Assembly (NCBI GenBank): GCA_018656065.1
Contig: JABHZY010000024.1
Location: 224,970-288,969 of the forward strand
DNA: 64,000 nucleotides
DNA from: Candidatus Komeilibacteria bacterium
Lineage (GTDB): Bacteria > Patescibacteriota > Patescibacteriia > UBA1558 > GWA2-36-10
Direction: 5' to 3'
Numbering within the stretch: the first letter of the stretch is position 1; the number at the start of each line of letters is the position of its first letter. The notes under the pieces are model-generated. The model saw only the letters and a program-made list of their open reading frames with translations. It had not been told where the DNA came from and made no database searches. Made by a program: the position numbers and the translations under genes. Positions 17,511-26,521 of the stretch are shown piece after piece.

Positions 17511-17543
17511 TTTATAAGCCGTCGCTAGATTTATAGCCGTCTT
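17511..17543. promoter_or_regulatory. direct repeat TTTATA(A)GCCGTC x2
   Basis: AGCCGTC occurs at 17517 and 17535, 83-107 nt upstream of the oxidoreductase start. A similar pair lies at 27921-27950. Confidence 0.35.
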
Positions 17544-17609
17544 ATACTTACACATTAAATATAGCTGGAAAAAAATATACTGTCAATACTCCCCTATTTT
17601 TCTAAAACA

Positions 17610-17667
17610 AAAAAACCGCCCATTAGTTTTTACTAAGGGCGGTAATAAAATAAAAATTATTTTTCTT
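17610..17667 (-). terminator. rho-independent terminator of the histidine kinase gene; also 58-bp direct repeat copy B
   Basis: The minus strand reads taa..ccgccc-15 nt-gggcgg-ttttttt. It is 55/58 identical to 904-961. Confidence 0.85.
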
Positions 17668-20497
17668 CTGCCTCTTCTTTGTAAGCTGGCGTATCATGTT
17701 CTTTATAAACAGGTATAGTAAATTGAAATACCGAACCCTTACCTTTACCTTCACTTTCAGCCCAAACTTGTCCATTATGTTCTTTGATAATTTTCTGAGC
17801 AATAAAAAGTCCTAAACCAGAACCGCCTGTATGAACTTGAGCTACTCCAGAACCTCTAACAAATTTTCTAAACAATGACTTTACTTCATCTTTTTTAATA
17901 CCAATACCTGTATCAGTTACTCTAAAATTTAATTCTTTATCATCAGACTCTACAGTAACTATAATAGCTCCCTCTGGAGTATATTTAATAGAATTATCAA
18001 CTAAATTAAGTACTACTTCTCGTAACTTATCCGGATCAGCTAATATCAATGGTGGAGCTTTTTTATTTTTCTTATATTCTAATTTTACTCCTTTTTGTTT
18101 AGCCTGATTTATTAACTCTATTATGACTCCTTCTATAAGATCATTTATCTGTATTGGCTTCTTATCTAACTTAAGTCTACCAGATTCAATTCGAGACACA
18201 TTTAAGAAAATATTAATTAATCTAGCTAAACGAGCAGAACTTTCAAAAATTTGTTTTACAATATTATTAATATTCTTTGGCACCTTACCAAAATCACCAT
18301 CAATGATCATAGATAAATAACCTTTAATAGCAGAGATTGGTGTTCTAAGTTGATGAGAGGCAATAGAAAGAAATTCAGACTTAGCCTTATCTAATTCTCT
18401 CAATCTAGTATTAGCATCTTGAAGCTCGGCATTAGCTCCTTGCAATGTATTATAAAGTTTTAAATTACGAGAAACTATACCTACTTGGTTAGCTATAGAA
18501 GACATGGTTTCATGATCTAAATCTGATATTTTACCTCTTTTAATAGGAAGATAAAACTGTATAACACCTATTACTTTGGCCTCAGAAAATATTGGCATAC
18601 CAATAATAGTCTCTATACCTAGAGATTCTTGTATTTTATCTATTTGTTCTTCCGCTACAGGCGGGGAAAGAAAGTCAGATAATTTAGTAGCATAAGTTGT
18701 TTTCGTAGATAAAAAAGTTTGCACACCTTTATTAAAACCATCTTTTAACTCACTCCTATATTCTCTTGGTTCTTTAGATAATAATCCAAAAACATGTCTA
18801 GTTTTTTCATTATTAGTAATAGCTCCTACCTTTAAGTATTTACCACTATCATCTACAAAACTAAGCATACCACCTACATAGCCTAATTCTGTGGCTATAC
18901 TATCAGCAATCATTTGATTTACCTTCTTCAAATCTAAGGTACGACTAATCATATTAGTCACTACCTGAGTAGTAGTTAAAAATTTATTTCTTTCTTCTAG
19001 AGCTTCATTAACCTCGCGTAAACTCTTAGTTCTATCCTCTACTTTTTGCTGCAACTCTTTATTAAATTCTTCTACTTCTTGATAAAGTTTTGATTTTGCT
19101 ATGGCTGTACCAATTTGTGGAGCCAATACTTCTAAAAAATTAATATCATCTTGACCATAGAGATCACCTGATTGCTTAGCACCAAAACATAATATAGCTG
19201 TTATAACATCATTCTCAATAACTGGAATGATCATTTCTGTATTATGAGATTCGGCTTCTTTAATAAAAATATTAATTTTTTTGTATTCTTCATTTTCTTC
19301 ATCTAGTATTCCTAAATCTCTAATTAATTCATCGATAACTAATATTCTCTTATTTTCTTTAAGATAAGATACAAAATCATTAGATAGAGAAAACTTTTTT
19401 ATTTTTTTATCTACACTTAATAAAAAAGGAAATTCTCCTTTATTAAAAGTAAAAACAAAAACTCGTTTAATTTTAAGTCTTTCGACTAATAATTTAGTAA
19501 TCCCTTTCAATAATTTATATAAATCAATTTCTCTAGCTACTACATTACCAGCCTCTCGAAGCACTTCTTGATAATCAACCTTATCTTTATAAAATACTTT
19601 ATCTGTCAGTTTTGCCCAGACTCGTTTTACTGGATCAAGAAATATTACTACTATCAAAGATGTAATAATATATGTGAAAACCTTACTAGTTTGAGTATTA
19701 CCACCGATAGCATTACCTACTACTATTACTGATAAAGCAAAAAAACTAGCTACAGCACCAACTAATAACGCATAAAGAATCGAGCGAGTTAAAATTAATC
19801 TAATATTCATTAATCTATAATGAGTAATAGCGTATGATACAAAACCAACCATAATTATAGTAAAACTTTGTCCCATCCATCCAAAAGACGTATTTCCAAT
19901 AGCTGGCAATAATAAATTTGTAATAGTTCCACCAACTAACGCAATTGTTGCTCCTATTAATATATATTTTACTTGTAATTTCACTATGCTTGAAGATTTT
20001 TTATATGTTTTTAATAAATTTATAAATGACCATAAAAAATATAAAAGTAAATAAAAACTCCAAAAATTATACCCCGGACCAAAAACCATTTCATTTTCTA
20101 TTGATCGACCTATAATTATATCTTTAACAACAAAATTAGGAATAAAGGAGGTTAATATAATAAGTACGGGTAAGCCAAAAATAATAAATTTTTTAAGTCT
20201 TGATATTTTTAATACTTCCTGTGGAAAGACAAATGAAAAATATAATAATGATATAGGAATAGATCCAGATGCAAAATATAAAAATTTAGCCCAAAATACA
20301 GCTAAATCATGATCTGCCGTACCTCTATACATAAACATGCCAATAGACCAAAGTACAACACCAAAAGTAAAAATACTATAAGATATATTTGATTTCTTAG
20401 CTTTTCCCCTAATATAAATAAATGCTGCAAAAGTCAGATTAATGAATGCAGTTAATAAAATAAGATAATTTTGAGTATCTAATCTAAAATCGTTCAT
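17657..20497 (-). CDS. sensor histidine kinase (7TM N-terminal domain, GAF-like regions, HisKA, HATPase)
   Basis: 946 aa with H-box SHQLRTPISAIKGY, N-box DNSIKYT, and G-boxes DTGIGI and GGSGLGL. Confidence 0.9.
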   Translation of the reverse strand: MNDFRLDTQNYLILLTAFINLTFAAFIYIRGKAKKSNISYSIFTFGVVLWSIGMFMYRGTADHDLAVFWAKFLYFASGSIPISLLYFSFVFPQEVLKISRLKKFIIFGLPVLIILTSFIPNFVVKDIIIGRSIENEMVFGPGYNFWSFYLLLYFLWSFINLLKTYKKSSSIVKLQVKYILIGATIALVGGTITNLLLPAIGNTSFGWMGQSFTIIMVGFVSYAITHYRLMNIRLILTRSILYALLVGAVASFFALSVIVVGNAIGGNTQTSKVFTYIITSLIVVIFLDPVKRVWAKLTDKVFYKDKVDYQEVLREAGNVVAREIDLYKLLKGITKLLVERLKIKRVFVFTFNKGEFPFLLSVDKKIKKFSLSNDFVSYLKENKRILVIDELIRDLGILDEENEEYKKINIFIKEAESHNTEMIIPVIENDVITAILCFGAKQSGDLYGQDDINFLEVLAPQIGTAIAKSKLYQEVEEFNKELQQKVEDRTKSLREVNEALEERNKFLTTTQVVTNMISRTLDLKKVNQMIADSIATELGYVGGMLSFVDDSGKYLKVGAITNNEKTRHVFGLLSKEPREYRSELKDGFNKGVQTFLSTKTTYATKLSDFLSPPVAEEQIDKIQESLGIETIIGMPIFSEAKVIGVIQFYLPIKRGKISDLDHETMSSIANQVGIVSRNLKLYNTLQGANAELQDANTRLRELDKAKSEFLSIASHQLRTPISAIKGYLSMIIDGDFGKVPKNINNIVKQIFESSARLARLINIFLNVSRIESGRLKLDKKPIQINDLIEGVIIELINQAKQKGVKLEYKKNKKAPPLILADPDKLREVVLNLVDNSIKYTPEGAIIVTVESDDKELNFRVTDTGIGIKKDEVKSLFRKFVRGSGVAQVHTGGSGLGLFIAQKIIKEHNGQVWAESEGKGKGSVFQFTIPVYKEHDTPAYKEEAEEK

Positions 20498-21150
20498 ATA
20501 TTATTACTAATATTTTTTAATAATTTTCTGGCAATGGAAGTTTTTGAAACACATCTAATAATATCTTTATTATTATTTATGATATACGCTATGTGTCTTT
20601 TATTATTAACTTCGCTAAATTCATTAGCTACAATGAAATCCGCCCTAGACTGTAATAAAGCCTTATAAGCAATATCTATTAATTCTTTTTCAAATTTTCC
20701 TACTTCTAATTTAAATTTTACCAGAAGAATTTTAGAATCCCATTTTTTAATTCTATCCACTATCTTAAAAGTTGGTTTAAATTTAATAGTAAAATTATTT
20801 TTACCTGATTTTATTTTACCTTTATGAGACTTGTTTGGGATATAGTCAGGAATGGCCGCCGAATGTATTACTGCATCATATTTTTTAGAAGATATTTCTT
20901 TCTTTAACAATTTATGAATATCTTCAAATGATTTAAATTTTATGACTTTAAATTTTTCTTTACCCGTAAAATAAACCCTGCCTGGACCCATTAATAGCAC
21001 CACCTCTGCACCTAAGGATCTTGCTTGTTTAGCTATTTCATAACCTAAGGCTCCACCAAAAATATTAGTCATTATTCTAACCTTATCTATAGATACCCAA
21101 ACTGGCCCAGCGGTAATTAATATTTTCTTTTTATTTAAAATTTTATTCAT
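20494..21150 (-). CDS. coaB: phosphopantothenate-cysteine ligase (CoaB domain protein)
   Basis: 218 aa with ILITAGPVWVSIDKVRIMTNIFGGALGYEIA, typical of the CoaB half of CoaBC. Confidence 0.75.
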   Translation of the reverse strand: MNKILNKKKILITAGPVWVSIDKVRIMTNIFGGALGYEIAKQARSLGAEVVLLMGPGRVYFTGKEKFKVIKFKSFEDIHKLLKKEISSKKYDAVIHSAAIPDYIPNKSHKGKIKSGKNNFTIKFKPTFKIVDRIKKWDSKILLVKFKLEVGKFEKELIDIAYKALLQSRADFIVANEFSEVNNKRHIAYIINNNKDIIRCVSKTSIARKLLKNISNNI

Positions 21151-21158
21151 ATTATTCT

Positions 21159-21911
21159 TTATCTTTTAAAATATAAAATATACAAAATATAATAAAAAAA
21201 ATTATTATGTTTTATCCATTTTTTAAATAATAATTCTAATTGTTTGCTAGGATTAATAATTTTAATATTATTTTCTCTTAAAAAATCAAGATAATAATTG
21301 CCCATATTTATTACAATTTTTTTAGCTTTTTTTGGTTTTTTCTGTAATCTATCATCAACAAAAAAGAATGGTCCTAAATCCTCTAAAATATCTTTGGGAT
21401 CTAAATTTTCCATAGCGTCATGATCGCCAAGCCATTCAGTTAATTCAGTAGTAGGATTAAAATAATTGGTCTTATTAGCTAATTCTCTATCAACTGATGG
21501 ATCAATTTTAATCCATTTATTATCAAGATTAACGTATGAATAAAAATGCACGGATTTTTTACTTACTTTATCTTTTAAAGTTTTAGGAGCGATTAAACCA
21601 AAATATTCTTGTCCTTTAACTTTTAATATTCCAAAACCAGCTGGTATATGAGATGCTCTTAAAAAAGTAGTTAATAAAACAGCTTTATTTGTACACATAC
21701 CATGTCCTTGTTTTAATACTTCAGATGCACTTAAACCCCAATTTCCAAATCTATATTTTATATTATCTCTAACCCAATAAAATAAAGCTATAGATTTTTC
21801 TTTATCATCTTTACAATTTTTAGTAATATTACTAGTTATTTTTTGAATTTCGGGATGATTAAAATTACAATATTTAGTTTCTTCTAAAAAAACCCCTAAA
21901 TCTTTATGCAT
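21159..21911 (-). CDS. transglutaminase-like cysteine protease domain protein
   Basis: 250 aa with GHGMCTNKAVLLTTFLRASHIPAG (Cys) and HFYSYVNL..WIKIDPS (His/Asp). Confidence 0.75.
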   Translation of the reverse strand: MHKDLGVFLEETKYCNFNHPEIQKITSNITKNCKDDKEKSIALFYWVRDNIKYRFGNWGLSASEVLKQGHGMCTNKAVLLTTFLRASHIPAGFGILKVKGQEYFGLIAPKTLKDKVSKKSVHFYSYVNLDNKWIKIDPSVDRELANKTNYFNPTTELTEWLGDHDAMENLDPKDILEDLGPFFFVDDRLQKKPKKAKKIVINMGNYYLDFLRENNIKIINPSKQLELLFKKWIKHNNFFYYILYILYFKR

Positions 21912-21919
21912 AAATTAAT

Positions 21920-22477
21920 TTATAATTGATTATTAACAGTTTTTATTATTTCTTCACAACTAGGAATTTTACCAGCGCCCTTATCACCGCAAGCTAATAC
22001 TCCTACCCTTGGTTGCATAAAAATATATTTATCTTTATATACACCTAAAGAACTAATATTCTTTTGAATTATTTTATTTTTCCACATCTCCGAATTCATA
22101 GCCGGGACTATTAAAACCTTAGTTCTACTTGGTAATGCTACTATTACCGTAGTTAATAAATTATCAGCTAAACCTAATGACACTTTACTAATTGTATTAG
22201 CTGTGGCTGGCGCTAAAACAAATATATCAGCCCACTTTGCCAAAGATATATGCTCTACGTCTCTACTAACTTCATCCGAAAACATATCAACATATACACC
22301 TCCTCCTGTAAGAGACCCGAAAGTTAAAGGTGTTACAAATTCAGTAGCAGCTGAAGTCATTATTACTTTAACGTTGGCCTTATATTTTATAAAATAATTT
22401 ACTAAACTAGCTATTTTATACACAGCCACACCTCCGGATATGCCAATTAAAATATTTTTTCCTTTTAAATTTTTCAT
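21920..22477 (-). CDS. coaC: phosphopantothenoylcysteine decarboxylase (flavoprotein, CoaC)
   Basis: 185 aa with ILIGISGGVAVYK..MTSAATEFVTPLTF..PAMN. Confidence 0.8.
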   Translation of the reverse strand: MKNLKGKNILIGISGGVAVYKIASLVNYFIKYKANVKVIMTSAATEFVTPLTFGSLTGGGVYVDMFSDEVSRDVEHISLAKWADIFVLAPATANTISKVSLGLADNLLTTVIVALPSRTKVLIVPAMNSEMWKNKIIQKNISSLGVYKDKYIFMQPRVGVLACGDKGAGKIPSCEEIIKTVNNQL

Positions 22478-22491
22478 AACGATTAAATTAA

Positions 22492-24228
22492 TTATTTATA
22501 TATTTTTAATATTTTATATCGCTTTAATTTTAAAGTAGGTGTTAAAAAGCCATTTTCCTGACTAAATTCTTCAGACAATAATCTAAAATGATTTATTTGC
22601 TCTACTTTAGCATGATCTTTCAATCTTTGATTAAGTTTGTCTTCATAAAAACTAACTATTCTATCATCAGCTAAATCAAATTTTAAATTATGCTTTACGC
22701 ACCATTTTTTTAATTGCTCAAAATTTGGCACAATCAAAGCTGAAATATGTTTTTGATTATCACCATAAATCATACTTTGACTAATATAACGACTCTCATT
22801 TAATATATTTTCTATAGTTTCAGGAAATATGTTTTTACCAGTAGACAAAACTATTACATCCTTAGCCCTACCAATAATAGATATAAAACCATCTCTATCA
22901 ATAAACCCTAAATCTCCAGTGTGTAGCCAATCATCTTTATCTATTATTTCATCTGTCACATCATCCAACTTGTAATAACCTTTCATTATATTAGTACCTC
23001 TAACTAACAATTCTTTACTCTCGCTTACTATTACATCGTTACAATCCAAAGCGCACCCTACCGTACCTGGCCTAGAATTATTGGGATTATTTACTGCTAT
23101 AATTGGCGAAGCCTCACTCATGCCATAACCCTCTATTATCTTAATACCTAAATTCTCAAAAAATCTTAACATTTTAAGATCCAATGACGCTCCTCCCGAT
23201 ATTGCCATACGAAGTCTTCCTCCTAAAACTGCCCTGAGTTTCCTCATTATTAAAAAATCCAGAATAGCCCAGAGAATATACTTAAAAAATCCTAAACTCT
23301 TCTTCCTTTTTAAAACAGCTAGTTGTAAACCTTTAAAAAATATCTTTTTCTTGAAATTACTAGCTGTATCTATCTTATCAAAAACTTTACCATAAATTTT
23401 CTCAAAAATACGCGGCACAGAATTTATCATTGTCGGCCTAGCCTTCTTAATATCATCTATAATACTTTGTTTACTGCGAGCAAAATATATACTAGAGCCA
23501 CTAAAAATAGGTGCATAATACCCAGCTGTTCTTTCAAAAGCATGTGATAAAGGTAAAAAAGAAAAGAACCTATCGTTATAATCAATATCTACTTTACGCT
23601 TAGCTGCTTCTGTATTAAATATAAAATTTTTATGAGTCAACATCACTCCTTTAGGATCTCCAGTAGTACCAGACGTATAAACAATAGTATGCACATCACT
23701 TCCTGAAATATTTTGTGGTAATTTAGATAATTTTTTATCTTCATCAAGTATTGGCCAAGAATGCACATGTTCGCCTGCTAAATCCTGACTATCACCCACT
23801 ACTATAATTCGAGAAAAATTTAATTCTTCTATAGTGGCTTTATGTTTATCAAAATAATCACGGTGAATAACTAAATATTTACTATCTGAATGCTTAACAA
23901 TTTTCTTTATATATTCACTATTATATGTAGTGTGTATTGGTACTATTACAATACCTAAAGTGGCAGCGGCTAAATCACTAATAATCCACTCGGGAGAATT
24001 GGGTAGCATTAATGCTAATTTTTCACCCTTAGACCAGTCAAAATTATTCCATCTATCCGCCAAGCGCCTACGATAAGCATTAAGCTCATCATAACTTATT
24101 TTTTTATAGTGATCATCAGAAAGATAAGCCAAGGCTGTGTGAGAGCCAAATTTTTTTACAATGCTTTTATATTTTTCTGCAATCGTCATAATTATACTAA
24201 TTTTACCATAGATATTACCCCTCAACAA
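22492..24228 (-). CDS. AMP-forming long-chain acyl-CoA synthetase
   Basis: YTSGTTGDPKGVMLTHKN AMP-binding motif. The true start may be the internal Met at 24189. Confidence 0.85.
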   Translation of the reverse strand: MLRGNIYGKISIIMTIAEKYKSIVKKFGSHTALAYLSDDHYKKISYDELNAYRRRLADRWNNFDWSKGEKLALMLPNSPEWIISDLAAATLGIVIVPIHTTYNSEYIKKIVKHSDSKYLVIHRDYFDKHKATIEELNFSRIIVVGDSQDLAGEHVHSWPILDEDKKLSKLPQNISGSDVHTIVYTSGTTGDPKGVMLTHKNFIFNTEAAKRKVDIDYNDRFFSFLPLSHAFERTAGYYAPIFSGSSIYFARSKQSIIDDIKKARPTMINSVPRIFEKIYGKVFDKIDTASNFKKKIFFKGLQLAVLKRKKSLGFFKYILWAILDFLIMRKLRAVLGGRLRMAISGGASLDLKMLRFFENLGIKIIEGYGMSEASPIIAVNNPNNSRPGTVGCALDCNDVIVSESKELLVRGTNIMKGYYKLDDVTDEIIDKDDWLHTGDLGFIDRDGFISIIGRAKDVIVLSTGKNIFPETIENILNESRYISQSMIYGDNQKHISALIVPNFEQLKKWCVKHNLKFDLADDRIVSFYEDKLNQRLKDHAKVEQINHFRLLSEEFSQENGFLTPTLKLKRYKILKIYK

Positions 24229-24246
24229 TTAAATTTTAGCTTTTTA

Positions 24247-24819
24247 TTAACTGTTAAATTTGTTTTTTGAAAACTCCTGATATGCGTCATCGTCTTGCAT
24301 AATATTTTGTATCTGGTCTCTAATCCAATCTGCCTTTTTAATATTTTCTTGATCAGCTTTCCAATTTAAATAATCAGCTATTTTACTAGAAATTCTTAAA
24401 GTATATTTTATATTAAATAAATTTCTAATACTATCATTATCAATAATTTTTAAAAATTCTAAAACTTTTCCTTTCAAAATATTTTTATCATAAGTTTCAA
24501 TATGAATTTTTTTAGCTAATTTACTATCAGTCTCTAAATCCTTTAATGAGGCATCTGTCTTACTGCCCACAGGTAAAAGGCATAAGACCTCTTTATTTTG
24601 AGCTAAAATCAAAGCAATTAAATAACTGGCCTTAGTATCTAATTTATCTCCCTGAAAAACAAAAGCATCAACTTTATCTAAAGACTTGTCCCCTGTTCCG
24701 CCATTTCCACTAGCACTTAAATTACTAACAACATCTACACCTGCCTTTTTGAGATATAAATTTATATCTTTAGCGTCTTGATTATTCAAGTATTGATTAC
24801 TATAAAAATATATTTTCAT
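24247..24819 (-). CDS. hypothetical protein (190 aa) with a possible C-terminal ribbon-helix-helix
   Basis: The ORF has native composition. The C-terminal KYTLRISSKIADYLNWKADQENIKKADWIRDQI is RHH-like, a weak call. Confidence 0.55.
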   Translation of the reverse strand: MKIYFYSNQYLNNQDAKDINLYLKKAGVDVVSNLSASGNGGTGDKSLDKVDAFVFQGDKLDTKASYLIALILAQNKEVLCLLPVGSKTDASLKDLETDSKLAKKIHIETYDKNILKGKVLEFLKIIDNDSIRNLFNIKYTLRISSKIADYLNWKADQENIKKADWIRDQIQNIMQDDDAYQEFSKNKFNS

Positions 24820-24823
24820 AAAA

Positions 24824-25810
24824 TTAATTTAAAAATTCACCAATAATATTTTGATTCATTATATTTTCAAAATTTTTATTTTTTAATTTTTGACTTAAGG
24901 CCCACATAGTTTTTATAATAGCTGTATTTTTTGTACAATTTGATATATTTACCACTCCTTTTACTGACGAAGTTAAGTGATAATTATATAAAACAGTTGA
25001 TAATTTCCATTTAGCAATTTGATTTTGTTTAGATTTTTCTAAAGCTTGATAAGAACTTATCTTAACAAAAAGGCCCTGGTAAGAAGATATGGTTTTCTTA
25101 TCAAATTGCCAGGGCACACCTGGAATATCTTCTATAACTAAAATATCAGCTAATAAATCATCATACTTCTTAATTACTCGTGTATTATATTTTAAATCAG
25201 ACTTTACGTTTATACCAAAATCTACTTTACCCCAATAATCATTATCGATACTAGAAAATACATTAGCATCACTAGCCATGTCAGCTATAGCCTTGGTGGC
25301 TGGTATCAAGCGAGTTCCAAAAATAATCGCTGGTGATGGTAAAGGTTGTTGAGCTATTTGAATTGCATTTATTAAATTAGATCGTAGACTAAGTCCGCCA
25401 TATTTATTTTTCAAATTATTAATTACTTCTTTTTTATTAAGAAAATCAGTTCCTGATACTTGTGAACTTGTTAGTACAATGGTTTTCTTAAAATTTTGCA
25501 AAGTAAAACTAAGTGCCAAAGATGTATTAATTAATTGATCAATTTTTGATATCACCACAAAACCATCTGCCTCTGAACTTTTCTCAGAAATCTCTTTTGC
25601 CACTTTTTGCCATGTAGCTGGCGTAATTAAATCATCTTCTCCGCTAATAAAAATTGGTTCAATATCTGCCAAAATATTTAATTCTGGCATTTGAGCTAAC
25701 CAATCATCAATATCTTCTGCTGATTGTACGGCCAAAATATGACCTTGATCATTTAAAATACAAGTACCACCAGTTAAAATCAAAAATATTTTTTTACTTT
25801 GTTTACTCAT
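24824..25810 (-). CDS. L-asparaginase/GatD-like family protein (divergent)
   Basis: 328 aa with an N-terminal ILTGGTC (TGGT motif) and GFVVISKIDQL..IVLTSSQ. Confidence 0.55.
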   Translation of the reverse strand: MSKQSKKIFLILTGGTCILNDQGHILAVQSAEDIDDWLAQMPELNILADIEPIFISGEDDLITPATWQKVAKEISEKSSEADGFVVISKIDQLINTSLALSFTLQNFKKTIVLTSSQVSGTDFLNKKEVINNLKNKYGGLSLRSNLINAIQIAQQPLPSPAIIFGTRLIPATKAIADMASDANVFSSIDNDYWGKVDFGINVKSDLKYNTRVIKKYDDLLADILVIEDIPGVPWQFDKKTISSYQGLFVKISSYQALEKSKQNQIAKWKLSTVLYNYHLTSSVKGVVNISNCTKNTAIIKTMWALSQKLKNKNFENIMNQNIIGEFLN

Positions 25811-25813
25811 AAA

Positions 25814-26512
25814 TTATTTTTCTTTTCTATTGAATATAAGATAAAAAACATAAGCATTCATAAAAGCTGTAAATATAGGACCAACAGATTCATAATGCCA
25901 ATTTTCAAAATAAGGCAGTACTAAATTAAAATATGATCCAAATAATAACCCTACAAGAAGAGTAATTAATAAAATCTTAATTCTATTCTTGAGAAAATTA
26001 TCTATATTCTTTAATTTGTCTATCAAAAAATATATAGAAGACATAATTACATAAATGAAAAATACGCTATAAACTAAATAAAATGGCTTATAATAATTAA
26101 CAAACCAATTAGCAGAATTGAATCCTCCAGAAAAATCAATTATATGTAATTTAGAATAAGATAATACTGATAAAATTATAGATAAAAATATTAAGAATAC
26201 TTGATAATATAGTTTTAAATTTTTATTTTTATAAGGAAAATAAAGTGTGAAATAAAATAAAAAAACAGATATTCCTAACGCTGCTACATAAGCTGTCCTA
26301 TAAGATATTTCAGCAGATAAACCAAATAAAAAACTTTTAGATAGTAACAAGCTAATCGCCCACAAAAAGTTAAAAAAAGTGAGTAAAGAGAAATAAAGAT
26401 TTACTTTATTATGTTTTATTCCGCGAGAGAAAACTAAAATACTCATTATTAAATTAATAATTCCAGCGATAAGTAAAGTGTAATTTTGTAAACCAAACGT
26501 TGTAATTGTCAT
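25814..26512 (-). CDS. stand-alone 7TM sensor-type membrane protein
   Basis: 232 aa, all TM. The N-terminus GLQNYTLLIAGIINL..SRGIKHNKVN parallels the N-terminus of the kinase at 17657-20497. Confidence 0.65.
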   Translation of the reverse strand: MTITTFGLQNYTLLIAGIINLIMSILVFSRGIKHNKVNLYFSLLTFFNFLWAISLLLSKSFLFGLSAEISYRTAYVAALGISVFLFYFTLYFPYKNKNLKLYYQVFLIFLSIILSVLSYSKLHIIDFSGGFNSANWFVNYYKPFYLVYSVFFIYVIMSSIYFLIDKLKNIDNFLKNRIKILLITLLVGLLFGSYFNLVLPYFENWHYESVGPIFTAFMNAYVFYLIFNRKEK

Positions 26513-26521
26513 ATATTTAAT

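Noticed and set aside
951-17667. Calling the repeat-bracketed block a mobile element or prophage.
   Set aside because: No integrase, transposase, relaxase or phage structural gene is visible. Only the direct repeats and accessory content support mobility, so it is reported as a finding and not as a mobile_element feature.
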